DNA from: a virus
Lineage: Duplodnaviria; Caudoviricetes
Reading direction: 5' to 3' (one strand)
Virus record (IMG/VR): IMGVR_UViG_3300042366_000970
Span: 1 to 48,995 of that record
DNA length: 48,995 bases
Below are positions 18,062-26,557 of the stretch, piece after piece. Below the pieces are notes generated by a model, which saw nothing but the letters and a program-made list of their open reading frames with translations, was not told the origin of the DNA and made no database searches. Positions within the stretch are counted from its first letter, which is position 1. The number at the start of each line of letters is the position of its first letter. The translations under genes and the position numbers were made by a program.

Positions 18062-18529
18062 TCAAAACGCGTCCGACGGATGACAGAAGCGAACGTGATC
18101 CTTGTGGATCGTGTAGAAGTCGCACTCGCGTCCCTGAATCGGGTCGCGGCGGCGCTCGATCTGCCAGAGATGCCGCTTCCATCCGTAGACCACGGCGGCG
18201 TGCGTGCGGTTGGCGTTCTCAATGATGTAGGCCAGCACCGGGTCGTCGGCCTTCGAGTCTTCCTTGTAGACCTCGTCCACGATGACCGTGTCGTAGGGGT
18301 AGTCGTCGCGACAGGTGAAATGCAGATTGGTCCGCACTTTGTGCTCAACGCGACCCTGCACCATGATGTCGCCCGTGTCTCCGTACTCGCGGCGCACCGT
18401 GGAGTCGGGCCTCACCGACTCAGGCGGCAGCCATATCTGCCATCCCTTGTCGCGAAGCCGTGAAGCGAACTCGTTCACGGCGATGCGGCTCGTGGACAGG
18501 TCGCGAATGAACTGCTGGTCGTCTTTCAT
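18062..18529 (-). CDS. PD-(D/E)xK-like nuclease-fold protein
   Basis: GD-IMVQGRV-EHK motif; start re-picked at MKDDQQ. Confidence 0.6.
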   Translation of the reverse strand: MKDDQQFIRDLSTSRIAVNEFASRLRDKGWQIWLPPESVRPDSTVRREYGDTGDIMVQGRVEHKVRTNLHFTCRDDYPYDTVIVDEVYKEDSKADDPVLAYIIENANRTHAAVVYGWKRHLWQIERRRDPIQGRECDFYTIHKDHVRFCHPSDAF

Positions 18530-18555
18530 GGGCGCAATCCTTTGCTGCCGTCGGT

Positions 18556-19380
18556 CTAGAGAATGGCGGGCGTCCGTGGGGTCTTGGTTCGCAACTGGCT
18601 CCAATCGCAATAGGCTTGCTCGAACAGGGCAGGCGACCGATGCCCTAGGTGGAGCCGTCCGGTCCCGGCCTTTTCCATCTCGCAGTGAGTCGCGCCGCTG
18701 CGCCTCAACCACTTCGAGCTGCCGCCGATGCCGACGCTGTCGAGAAGCAGACGCATGTGCCGCATCGCCATCCGACGTTTGCAGACCCAACCCAGAATCC
18801 TGCCGTCGGGCGACTTCGCGAGCATCGCGTCGATCAACGTCAGGCACGCGGGCGTGAGCGGCCGCACGATCGGGTCGCCCGTCTTGCTCTGAACCCACGA
18901 AAGCGTGTCGCCGTCGAGGTGGTCGCGAGTGAACGCCATCACGTCGCCGAACCTCGCGCCGGTCTCGTAGCCGACGAGAATCCAGCAGGCGAGGAACTCG
19001 CCAAGATCAGCGCCGCCGCGGAGCCGCGTGCCGCGCTTCGCCTGTGCGGCGGCGATCAAGTTCTTGAGTTGCCCCAGCGTCCACGCCTTCGTCGGCTTCC
19101 GCCGTGCCTTCATCTTCAGGATGCCACGCGGCGCGGCATCCACGAGACCGCGGTCGTAGGCCCAGTTCCAAAGCGTGAGGAGCACGCCGCGCTCCGCCCT
19201 AGCCGTCAGGCCGCTGACTTCCTCGACTCGTTTGGTCAGCCAGCGATTCACCCGCTCGACCGAGAGCGTGCCGACGCGGCCCGCGATCCTGGCGACGTTC
19301 GACGCGTAGTGCTGCGAGACGATTCGTTCGGCAAGGTAGAGCGGAGCGATTTCCGCAAAGGTCGTGATGTTCTTTTTCAT
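18556..19380 (-). CDS. Second tyrosine recombinase
   Basis: YETGARFGD, QSKTG, KWLRRSGAT, LGH, QAY. Confidence 0.88.
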   Translation of the reverse strand: MKKNITTFAEIAPLYLAERIVSQHYASNVARIAGRVGTLSVERVNRWLTKRVEEVSGLTARAERGVLLTLWNWAYDRGLVDAAPRGILKMKARRKPTKAWTLGQLKNLIAAAQAKRGTRLRGGADLGEFLACWILVGYETGARFGDVMAFTRDHLDGDTLSWVQSKTGDPIVRPLTPACLTLIDAMLAKSPDGRILGWVCKRRMAMRHMRLLLDSVGIGGSSKWLRRSGATHCEMEKAGTGRLHLGHRSPALFEQAYCDWSQLRTKTPRTPAIL

Positions 19381-19403
19381 GGTGCTTCTTCAATGGGCTT
19401 CAA

Positions 19404-19520
19404 TCGAACAAGCTCCCGCCGACCGACTTGCACGGTCGCCGCCTGGGCGATGAGCCCCGGCTCACACTGTGTTCGGGAAACCAGCCGCGGCGGCGCTGTG
19501 GCGACGCCGCCGCGGCGGGC
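19404..19520 (-). ncRNA. Structured intergenic RNA element with tRNA-like T-arm
   Basis: 12-bp perfect hairpin 19484-19516, TGAGCC/GGCTCA hairpin, GACCG-TGCAAGT-CGGTC then GGCGGGA. Confidence 0.35.
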
Positions 19521-19528
19521 GAAATCGA

Positions 19529-20047
19529 CTAGAGATTCACGCCGAAAAACATGAGGAACGGCATCAGCCAGAGGAACGGGATCTCGTCGTCGGGCATCGC
19601 GGCGGTGAGCTTCTGCGCCACCGACTTGCGCGGGCCGATCGCGGCCTTCGCCTTCGGCGTCGCAGGCAGATACTTCTTGACCGTCGCAGAAACCTTGCCG
19701 CTCTTCGCCGTGTAGTGGCTGACCTCCACGTTCACGTCGCGACCGACCAGCGTCGTCGGGTCGATGGTCAGCCGCCCGCTCGCGTCGGGCTGGATGCCCA
19801 GCGCGTCGGCCAGTTGCCGAGCCCGCCAGCCGAGATGCTGGGGGAGGTCATCGAAGACGAATTTGAAACCGCCGCTGGCGTCGGTGAGCCGCAGCTTCAG
19901 GCACATGCCCTGCGGGTTCTCGTCACAGACCTTGTATTCGTTCGGCCCTTCCTCAGCCGCGAGAATCGACATCATCCGAACACCAGCCGGAACGATCGGC
20001 CGTTCCAGCGTATCGACCGGCGAATCCTGAATGACTCCGAAATCCAT
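19529..20047 (-). CDS. SSB-like protein (DUF669 type)
   Basis: Follows the Sak4-like ATPase; VPAG..., LVGRDVNVEV, DDEIPF motif. Confidence 0.7.
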   Translation of the reverse strand: MDFGVIQDSPVDTLERPIVPAGVRMMSILAAEEGPNEYKVCDENPQGMCLKLRLTDASGGFKFVFDDLPQHLGWRARQLADALGIQPDASGRLTIDPTTLVGRDVNVEVSHYTAKSGKVSATVKKYLPATPKAKAAIGPRKSVAQKLTAAMPDDEIPFLWLMPFLMFFGVNL

Positions 20048-20048
20048 T

Positions 20049-20393
20049 TCACTGCTCCTTCGTTTTAGGTTCCGTTTTCACAACCACTTCTGACGCTTCT
20101 TCAATGACGCGAACGCCATGAAGCCACGCATTTGCAACAACCAAATCGGTGAGAAGCCCTCGCTCGCTCACCTCTCGCACCAACCTTTGCAGAGCCCGCA
20201 AGAGTTGCACCCCTGACGCCTCCGCTTGTTCCCGTGTCACCTCCGGCAGCGGACGCATCCGCCGCCCCTCGCGAGGGTTGACCCCGCCGAAACGAATCAC
20301 GCCCTTGTCGAGGCGGGCCTCGAACTCGTTCCAGCGGAACGTGCTCGGAGGCCCGCCCTCGTTGATGCGCGGCTCGCGCGGTGGCTGGTTCAC
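20049..20393 (-). CDS. Hypothetical protein
   Basis: GTGA-coupled ORF within the operon. Confidence 0.6.
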   Translation of the reverse strand: MNQPPREPRINEGGPPSTFRWNEFEARLDKGVIRFGGVNPREGRRMRPLPEVTREQAEASGVQLLRALQRLVREVSERGLLTDLVVANAWLHGVRVIEEASEVVVKTEPKTKEQ

Positions 20394-21301
20394 GACGCGG
20401 CCTCCGCGGTCAGTTCCGTCAGCCGCGCCTCGATCTGCCGCAGGAGAACGTCGCCTTGGCCCTCGGTGAGGTCGCCGATGGCAACCTTCGCGAGGATCTT
20501 CGGACGCAACCGCTCCAGAGCCGGGACCGCGGCCACCGCAATCGCGGCCGTCGTGTCGGCGATCAACTTGCCGGTGTCGATCTCCGGCTCAGTCTTGAGC
20601 CGCGGCGTCGGCTCGTGCCCGCCAGCGAGCCACTCAGCGAGCCGCTTGCCGGTCTCGACCGTGATGGGCTTCGGGTCGCCGCTGAAAAGCCCTGTCCGGT
20701 CCTTGCTAACAGTCGCGTAGTGGCCGTCGTGGATGAGGTCGAGAACGCACGTGAACTCGTACTCAAGCCCGTCGCGGGCTTCGAGTTTCATCCCGAGCTT
20801 GGTCACCTTCTTCTTGCCGTGGTCGTCAACCTGAGCGGTCTCCGTTTTGGAGCGGCCCGTGCAGATGACATGCGCCGGGCTGCGGAGAATCGCGTCCACG
20901 AAGGCCCGCCATCGGGGTGTGATCACCGAGAAGGCGCTCCACGTGTTGCCGCGAAACTGGGCCTTGGCGATGTCGTCCACCAACTCCAGGCACCCGCCGC
21001 TGCCGCTCCAGCAGTGCGTGACGGAGTCGATGATGATGACCTCGTAGCCAGCCTGCTCGGCTGCCGTGATCGCCTCGATGTACCGCTCCGGGGAAAAGGG
21101 CGGCCGCAAGTCGATCACGTCGAAATCGTGCAGCGTGTCGTAGAGGTCGGACGATCCTTCCTCCGTGTCGATCACGACCGTCTTGCCGCCCAGCCCTTTG
21201 GCAAGCAAAAGAGCGCCGTAGGTCTTGCCGCCCCCGCTGGGGCTTCCGAGCAACAGCCGCAAACGTGTGGCACTGCGGCGGGCCTTGCGAATCTGAACCA
21301 T
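20390..21301 (-). CDS. AAA_24 / Sak4-like recombination ATPase
   Basis: GSPSGGGKTYGAL, IDTEEGS, IIIDSVTH, EYEF, KDRTGLF. Confidence 0.9.
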   Translation of the reverse strand: MVQIRKARRSATRLRLLLGSPSGGGKTYGALLLAKGLGGKTVVIDTEEGSSDLYDTLHDFDVIDLRPPFSPERYIEAITAAEQAGYEVIIIDSVTHCWSGSGGCLELVDDIAKAQFRGNTWSAFSVITPRWRAFVDAILRSPAHVICTGRSKTETAQVDDHGKKKVTKLGMKLEARDGLEYEFTCVLDLIHDGHYATVSKDRTGLFSGDPKPITVETGKRLAEWLAGGHEPTPRLKTEPEIDTGKLIADTTAAIAVAAVPALERLRPKILAKVAIGDLTEGQGDVLLRQIEARLTELTAEAAS

Positions 21302-21304
21302 ATT

Positions 21305-21408
21305 TCCGTGTCCTTTCGTTTCTTGGTTTCGTTCTTGAAAACCCGGCTCCGCGTCCTGCCTTGCCGGGCGGTCCCTTCCGTGGGTCACCGCGGCTCCGCC
21401 GCGGTTCC
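21305..21408 (-). promoter_or_regulatory. GGA-rich structured leader (possible CsrA/RsmA sites)
   Basis: 8 GGA in 104 nt, several in hairpin loops and two at the RBS. Confidence 0.4.
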
Positions 21409-21418
21409 TGTCGTTTCG

Positions 21419-21673
21419 CTAGAACGGCAGCACGTCGTCGGGCGTGACCGCGAAGTGCTGGCGGCCTTGGCCCGGCAGATGAGCCGCGACGTGGTACGTG
21501 TTCTCACTGAGCACCTCGATCACGGTGGCGCGGGCGGTGGTATTCACCGTGCCGGGCACGCGGATCGTGAGCGAGTCGCCGACCGCGAATTCCTGCGGGC
21601 GAGCGCCGTAGGTGTCGGCCATCCCGGCGATGGCAGCGGCGTATTCGCGGGCATGAGCGTCGGTATTGAGCAT
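21419..21673 (-). CDS. Hypothetical protein with SH3-like C-terminal half
   Basis: FAVGD...ATVIEV...YHV pattern; AAAGGA RBS. Confidence 0.6.
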   Translation of the reverse strand: MLNTDAHAREYAAAIAGMADTYGARPQEFAVGDSLTIRVPGTVNTTARATVIEVLSENTYHVAAHLPGQGRQHFAVTPDDVLPF

Positions 21674-21731
21674 GGGTAAAAGTCCTTTCTCTAGAGGGGG
21701 CAAACTGCACAACTGTTTAGTGGGTCGCGGA

Positions 21732-21759
21732 AATGTATTTCGATTCGCAATCCCGTCAA
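21732..21759 (-). promoter_or_regulatory. Sigma70-like promoter TTGACG-N16-TACATT
   Basis: AT-rich gap upstream of the recombination operon. Confidence 0.45.
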
Positions 21760-22295
21760 GCAAGTTTTTCCAGAATCGTTTCGCACTCGGTTTTCAGACT
21801 GAAACGCGCGACGCTGTTGAAGTCACGTAGCGCAATTCGCGCGGGCTCGCAGTCGGCGGGACTCACTAGCCAGCGGTATGCGGTCCCACTGGGGTGGGTG
21901 CTTGGCGGCAGCACGCTCTGCGCGGGCTTGCCGCCGAATCGCACCTCGATCCCGGCGAGCTTCTTCCAGCCCCACGGCGGCAGCGGCTCGGAGAGCCGAA
22001 AGAGGCGGTGCTCGCCTCGGCTACTGGCCCAGGTCGGCGTGTCGATGTCGATCAGGCCCAGGCTGGCGAGCGTCTCGCGGCCCGCCGGATCGTCGTATTC
22101 AATGTCGATCAGATTGCCGGAGCCGCAGAGCAGGCCGATGTTGTCGCCAGCGGCCAGCCAGCGGGAGATCGTCGCCGGGTCTGCCGAGGCGAGCGTGTTC
22201 CACGCGGTGCCGAGCGGGATCTTGCCGCAGCGGGCCACGCGAACGCAGGCCGCCCCGTAGCCCAGAAGTGCCTTCAAGTCAGAATCAAGTGTCAT
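21756..22295 (-). CDS. Stand-alone bifunctional Prim-Pol domain protein
   Basis: GKIP...W, NIGLLCG, DIEYD, GEHRLF, VLPPSTHPSGTAYRW. Confidence 0.85.
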   Translation of the reverse strand: MTLDSDLKALLGYGAACVRVARCGKIPLGTAWNTLASADPATISRWLAAGDNIGLLCGSGNLIDIEYDDPAGRETLASLGLIDIDTPTWASSRGEHRLFRLSEPLPPWGWKKLAGIEVRFGGKPAQSVLPPSTHPSGTAYRWLVSPADCEPARIALRDFNSVARFSLKTECETILEKLA

Positions 22296-22352
22296 CGCGC
22301 TGCCTCTTTGGTCGGATTTGTGCATATGTATAAACAGGACTGTGCATATTGG

Positions 22353-22583
22353 TCAACGAATAATCCCGAGGGCCGCGTCTGCCAGCGAAATCGACGCCCG
22401 GCCGAGCCGCCGGATCGGGCTGGGATCGGCAGCTTGGGGCTGGATCGCCGAAGCGGCCTGCAACGCGACGTTACGGTGTGCAACGTCGATCATCGCTAGT
22501 TGCAGTCGGGTCTCGATCAGAATCCCGGCACCGACCGACATCGTCGCCATCAGCAGACCGGCACGGACAATATCTCGGAGCAT
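22353..22583 (-). CDS. Small membrane/secreted hypothetical protein
   Basis: CAGGA RBS; hydrophobic N-terminus. Confidence 0.55.
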   Translation of the reverse strand: MLRDIVRAGLLMATMSVGAGILIETRLQLAMIDVAHRNVALQAASAIQPQAADPSPIRRLGRASISLADAALGIIR

Positions 22584-22662
22584 GGTCGTTTTCCTGTGTG
22601 TACGGTTGCCACCCGTTTCGCACCTGTCGGCGGGCCGGGTGGCCCCACCCTTGAATGGTCTG

Positions 22663-22989
22663 CTACTCGACTGACGCGAACTGCTCGTAGTCGGCCGCGA
22701 ACTCCGCGGCGTGGTGCTGATCAAACTCGTTAGCGACGCGGATCCCGGCCTGCGCGAACGTCGCATAGAACGTCGGGACGGCGATGCCCGACAGTCCGGC
22801 CTTCATGGCTTCCGCGAAATCGTGAACCGCCTCGTCCAGGCAGCCCTTGCAGGCGACGCGGAGCCGGACCGTGAGGTCTTTGGAGTGGTGCCCGATGTCT
22901 TCGCTGGCCCAGCCGAGGATGCGGAGCCGATCAACGCAGGCTTCCATAGCCTTCGTGCAGCCGTTCGTGGTCATCTGGTCGAGGTTCAT
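22663..22989 (-). CDS. Hypothetical early protein
   Basis: AGGGAG RBS; downstream of a sigma70-like promoter. Confidence 0.65.
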   Translation of the reverse strand: MNLDQMTTNGCTKAMEACVDRLRILGWASEDIGHHSKDLTVRLRVACKGCLDEAVHDFAEAMKAGLSGIAVPTFYATFAQAGIRVANEFDQHHAAEFAADYEQFASVE

Positions 22990-23039
22990 CGTCGTCTCCC
23001 TGTGGCGTCTCGCGGATCACTCGTCCGCGTGTGCCAGAG

Positions 23040-23068
23040 ATCATATCGACAGACCTGTGCATATACAA
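23040..23068 (-). promoter_or_regulatory. Sigma70-like early promoter TTGTAT-N17-TATGAT with operator-like repeat
   Basis: Canonical spacing; ATATGCACAGNNCTGT shared with 22334-22349. Confidence 0.6.
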
Positions 23069-23114
23069 GAGGAAATCCAGACAGAAGATCCGAATTTCCA
23101 GAAAGCCGCTAAAA

Positions 23115-23459
23115 TCAAGGCTTTTTGGGGCTCTTCCGCCTGCCGACAGGCTTCTTGGCGGCTTTCTTGGCCGCCGATGGCCCTGCGCCTTGCTTGCGAG
23201 ACCGCCCGCGAGGGAACCCAACGCCGGGAGCTTTGCTCGCCTGGGCCTCGCAGAACTCGTCAACGCTTGTCCGCAGGATGAACCATCCATGCCCGGGCAC
23301 GTTGATGCCCTGCAGCGGCCGCCCAGCCGTTTTTGGGTCGCTCTCGATGCAGATCATCCGCAGCACCGTGCTGTGGGCACGGGCGTCAATGCGTTTCATG
23401 ACCTCACGGACGGTCATGAAGTCTTTGGTCAGTGAGCGTATGTCTGCCACGGCGATCAT
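23115..23459 (-). CDS. Excisionase/HTH-like DNA-binding protein
   Basis: FMTVREVMKRI...STVLRM...GWFILRTSVDEF; divergent from int; basic tail. Confidence 0.65.
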   Translation of the reverse strand: MIAVADIRSLTKDFMTVREVMKRIDARAHSTVLRMICIESDPKTAGRPLQGINVPGHGWFILRTSVDEFCEAQASKAPGVGFPRGRSRKQGAGPSAAKKAAKKPVGRRKSPKKP

Positions 23460-23682
23460 CCCTTCAATAGTATCGCCGCATCCGTGCATTTCAAATGAAA
23501 CGAGACGCGGCGAACACCGGCAGGCACGGGCGACCGCCCGGCGGCGAGAGGCAAAACATCTAGTTTTGACTCCGCTTCCAAGGGCCACCTAGCATCCAGT
23601 GAACAAAACATCGAGCGGAGGGCACTCCCGCTGAAGTTTTGTATACTATGAAGGAACGGACCTAAAACAGTGAGGCAAAGCG

Positions 23683-24570
23683 ATGATTTTACGCGAATTT
23701 CTACTTGAGCGTTACGCGATTCTCCACAACCTGAAACCTCGAAGCGTTGAGTTGTACGAATTTACAATCGACCGCTTCCGAGACTTTCTTGGGCGCGAGC
23801 CGGAACTGTCCGATTTGGATGACCTTGTCGTCTCCAAATTCTTGCGATGGCGGGCGGTCACGCCGCACAAAGGCAAGATCGCACGACCGGCCTCTGTACA
23901 GAAGGACAAATGCCAGCTTCTAGGGTTGTGGAACGCCGCCGCCCGCAAGCGTCTGGTCGAGCACTTCCCCGATCTGGCCAGGAACATCGTCCGCGTGCCG
24001 CACAGGCAGCCCCAGGCGTACACGGTCGAGGACATCAGCCGGATGGTCAGGGTCGCGAAGACCCGCTACGGGGCAATCGGCCCGGCTCCAGCGGCGTGGT
24101 TTTGGCCGACGCTCTTGATGAGCGCGTACTACACGGGCGAGAGGGTGGGCAGCCACCTCGAAGTCCGGTGGGAACAAGTCGATTCCAACCGGCGCACCAT
24201 CACTTTTCTGTCGGAGCACCGGAAGGGGCTCGGACGCACGATTACGCGGGCGATCACGCCCCAACTTGTGCAGATGCTCGACCGGGAGCGGAGAGCCCCA
24301 GGCGACCTCGTATGGCCGTGGCTAGAGCACCGGGCGATCGGGTCCATCTGGCCGCGGATCGCAGCCATCTGCAAGACGGCGGGAGTCACGCCGAAGGGCT
24401 TCCACGGCATCCGTAAGAGCAGCGGCAGTTATGTGAAGGCTGGCGGCGGAGATGCCACTGAATTTCTCACGCACGCGGACGGTCGGACAACCCGCGAGCA
24501 TTACTTAGATCCCAAAATCGTCGGCGAGGCATCGGCCCTCGACTACTTGCCGCCGCTTGATCTGAGTTGA
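23683..24570 (+). CDS. int: Tyrosine integrase
   Basis: YYTGERVG, RKG, FHGIRKS, LTH, TREHY; the only convincing + strand gene. Confidence 0.92.
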   Translation: MILREFLLERYAILHNLKPRSVELYEFTIDRFRDFLGREPELSDLDDLVVSKFLRWRAVTPHKGKIARPASVQKDKCQLLGLWNAAARKRLVEHFPDLARNIVRVPHRQPQAYTVEDISRMVRVAKTRYGAIGPAPAAWFWPTLLMSAYYTGERVGSHLEVRWEQVDSNRRTITFLSEHRKGLGRTITRAITPQLVQMLDRERRAPGDLVWPWLEHRAIGSIWPRIAAICKTAGVTPKGFHGIRKSSGSYVKAGGGDATEFLTHADGRTTREHYLDPKIVGEASALDYLPPLDLS

Positions 24571-24637
24571 CCCGGGCACGGTGGGGGTCGCTGGCGGAAA
24601 GGACGGACGCCGCGACCTCTCCCACCGGCCCGGGTCA
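24568..24637. terminator. Long hairpin spanning the entire gap between convergent genes
   Basis: TGACCCGGGC/CGGTGGG/GGTCGC/GGCG arms pairing with CGCC/GCGACC/CCCACCG/GCCCGGGTCA. Confidence 0.65.
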
Positions 24638-24835
24638 TTGTTCGGCTGGCCTCTGGATATTCTCCCTGGCGGCGATGATCGCCATCAGACGCTCACGCTC
24701 TTCGAGCAATCTCCCGATCATGCGTGCGGCGGTGCCAGCCGTCGCCGTCCAAGAGTTGCTGGGGCCGTGGCGGTTCACCCAGAGCCATGCCTCGTTGGCT
24801 TCGTCTTCGGAGTACGGCACGCGTCGGTCAGTCAC
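24635..24835 (-). CDS. Hypothetical protein (66 aa)
   Basis: GTG start overlapping the upstream stop. Confidence 0.55.
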   Translation of the reverse strand: MTDRRVPYSEDEANEAWLWVNRHGPSNSWTATAGTAARMIGRLLEERERLMAIIAARENIQRPAEQ

Positions 24836-25382
24836 GCCCGCGATCCTCCCGATAGAGCAAAAGGGCCAACAGCGAATAACTCGCAAGATCGAGCAAATTG
24901 TCTTCGACCGACTCGTGCGGCAAGTTCCCCGTCTTGTTGAACACGGCGAGCCGCGTCACCTTGTCGCTCAGTCGCACCATCGCGCCTTGCCACGCCGGGA
25001 TCCCGACGAACTCCGCACCGCGGCGGATGTTCAAGAGCGGGTCGGTGCCGTCGGGGCAGCCGTACCCGGCGCTCTTGCTGATGTGAAGCTCGCGGAGAGT
25101 GTCGAGGAGATCGAAATACTTCTGCGAGACAGGATGCACGTCGGAGGCCCGCATCACACCGTCGCCGCGGAATGTGGCGGCTGCCTGCAGTTCGGCCAGC
25201 GTGCCAGAGAATTGCTCAACGAACTCGTCACCAGAGAGCGGACGCGGTTGGCACTTGCCACCGTCGCAACAGCCTTCCCGCTTGTAGCCACGCATCTTCG
25301 GATCGTCGGCGGGCGTGTTGTCGAGGCGGTCGCGGACGGCAGAGCGGAGGGCGTCGTTGGCTTCGGTGAGGCTGGGGCTCAT
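24828..25382 (-). CDS. Nmad1/DUF1599-like all-alpha nucleotide-related protein
   Basis: KSAGYG...DPLLN...VRLSDKVTRL...ESVEDNLLDLASYS. Confidence 0.75.
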   Translation of the reverse strand: MSPSLTEANDALRSAVRDRLDNTPADDPKMRGYKREGCCDGGKCQPRPLSGDEFVEQFSGTLAELQAAATFRGDGVMRASDVHPVSQKYFDLLDTLRELHISKSAGYGCPDGTDPLLNIRRGAEFVGIPAWQGAMVRLSDKVTRLAVFNKTGNLPHESVEDNLLDLASYSLLALLLYREDRGRD

Positions 25383-26557
25383 TGTTGTCCTTTCGGCGTT
25401 GCGATGTGCATGGCGATGAGCCCCCCGTCGGGCTCGTAGATGAATGTTTCGCACGCCTGTCTAGCGCCGATGAAACCGTTCACGGAGTGCCAATCGTCAG
25501 GCGGGCAGACCGTCGGTGCCGTCCGCACGATCACACCGTCGAGAGTGTCGAGCGGTTTGTTGTGCTCCGCAGCTTGATGGTGGAGGTGGCCCGTGTGCCA
25601 CTCGCGATAGACGCTTCCGCTCCACGCGTCCTTTTGCTCCAAAGCCATGATCTGCGGCAACTTCTTCCGTGCCCGGTGGCCGTGAGCGAAGCCGAGCAAG
25701 TTCTTTCCGTGCGTCAGGTATTGCCGACCCGTGAAGTCGGGTTTGATCGTGATGTGCTTCGCGTTGCGGAACCGCTCGCGCATGATCCGCTGGAAGGCCC
25801 AGCTCAAGACCTCATCGTGATTTCCGTTCACGATGAGCACGTCTGTCGGCACGTCGGCGGCCGACCGTTCGATAATCCCGAGCAGACAGTCGCTCGCCAC
25901 GTCGATCACTTTCTGCAGCCGTCCGTCACGCTCTAGCGGCGTGCCTCCGGTCGTTGTGCCTGCGGGCGTGTCGAAGTGGAACAAGTCACCCAGGAACGCG
26001 ATCGTGCGACGCTCTGGTGCATAGGCCGCACCCGCTTTGAGCAGTTGCCCCGTCACGTCGGTGACGCGCTGCTCCGCGATGCCCAGGTCGTAGTCACTGC
26101 CGCCGGTCGTCTGGCTCCACGAGTAGGCCCCAAAGTGAGTGTCGCTGACAACCATCACTTGCCACAGGCCGGGCTCTCGCCGCTTCGGTCTTTGCGTCTT
26201 CGGTGAGGCCCGGCGTATCGTGCGTGCGGCCGCCGCGATCATTGCTTCAACCACCTCATGCGTCGTCGGCCCCGCCTTCGGCCGCAGTCGCACGAAGACC
26301 CGGTGCAATTCAATGCTCCCGCCTTCGCCGTCGCCTGTCTCCCACTTGGTTGCTTCGGATGCAGCCACTTCAAAACGCTGCATATCGGCTTCGATATGGG
26401 CGAGCAGATCCTCAACGGTCTTGATCCGTCTGCTCGTGGAGCGGGCTTCGAGCGAATCGCCGTCTTGCCGCTGCGTGACTTGTTCGGCGTCAGCACTGGG
26501 CTTCGGTGGCGGGAGCTTCGCGGCCACGCTCTCGGCTAGCGTCTTCCTTCGAGCCAC
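25379..26557 (-). CDS. Calcineurin-like metallophosphoesterase
   Basis: SDTHFG, GDLFH, GNHD, AHGH, GHLHH. Confidence 0.9.
   Translation of the reverse strand: MARRKTLAESVAAKLPPPKPSADAEQVTQRQDGDSLEARSTSRRIKTVEDLLAHIEADMQRFEVAASEATKWETGDGEGGSIELHRVFVRLRPKAGPTTHEVVEAMIAAAARTIRRASPKTQRPKRREPGLWQVMVVSDTHFGAYSWSQTTGGSDYDLGIAEQRVTDVTGQLLKAGAAYAPERRTIAFLGDLFHFDTPAGTTTGGTPLERDGRLQKVIDVASDCLLGIIERSAADVPTDVLIVNGNHDEVLSWAFQRIMRERFRNAKHITIKPDFTGRQYLTHGKNLLGFAHGHRARKKLPQIMALEQKDAWSGSVYREWHTGHLHHQAAEHNKPLDTLDGVIVRTAPTVCPPDDWHSVNGFIGARQACETFIYEPDGGLIAMHIATPKGQQ

Noticed and set aside
19404-19432. Extra class I promoter (TGCAAG-N18-TTCGAT)
   Set aside because: The hexamer lacks the conserved A at position 2, and TGCAAG is explained as a hairpin loop
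19404-19480. Canonical tRNA gene
   Set aside because: No proper D or anticodon arm, mismatched acceptor, no CCA; kept only as a tRNA-like element
20381-21679. 432-aa + strand ORF
   Set aside because: Antisense to the Sak4-like ATPase
21741-21760. Extra class II promoter (CTTGAC-N8-GAATCG)
   Set aside because: The hexamer lacks the final T; fits a sigma70-type TTGACG-N16-TACATT better
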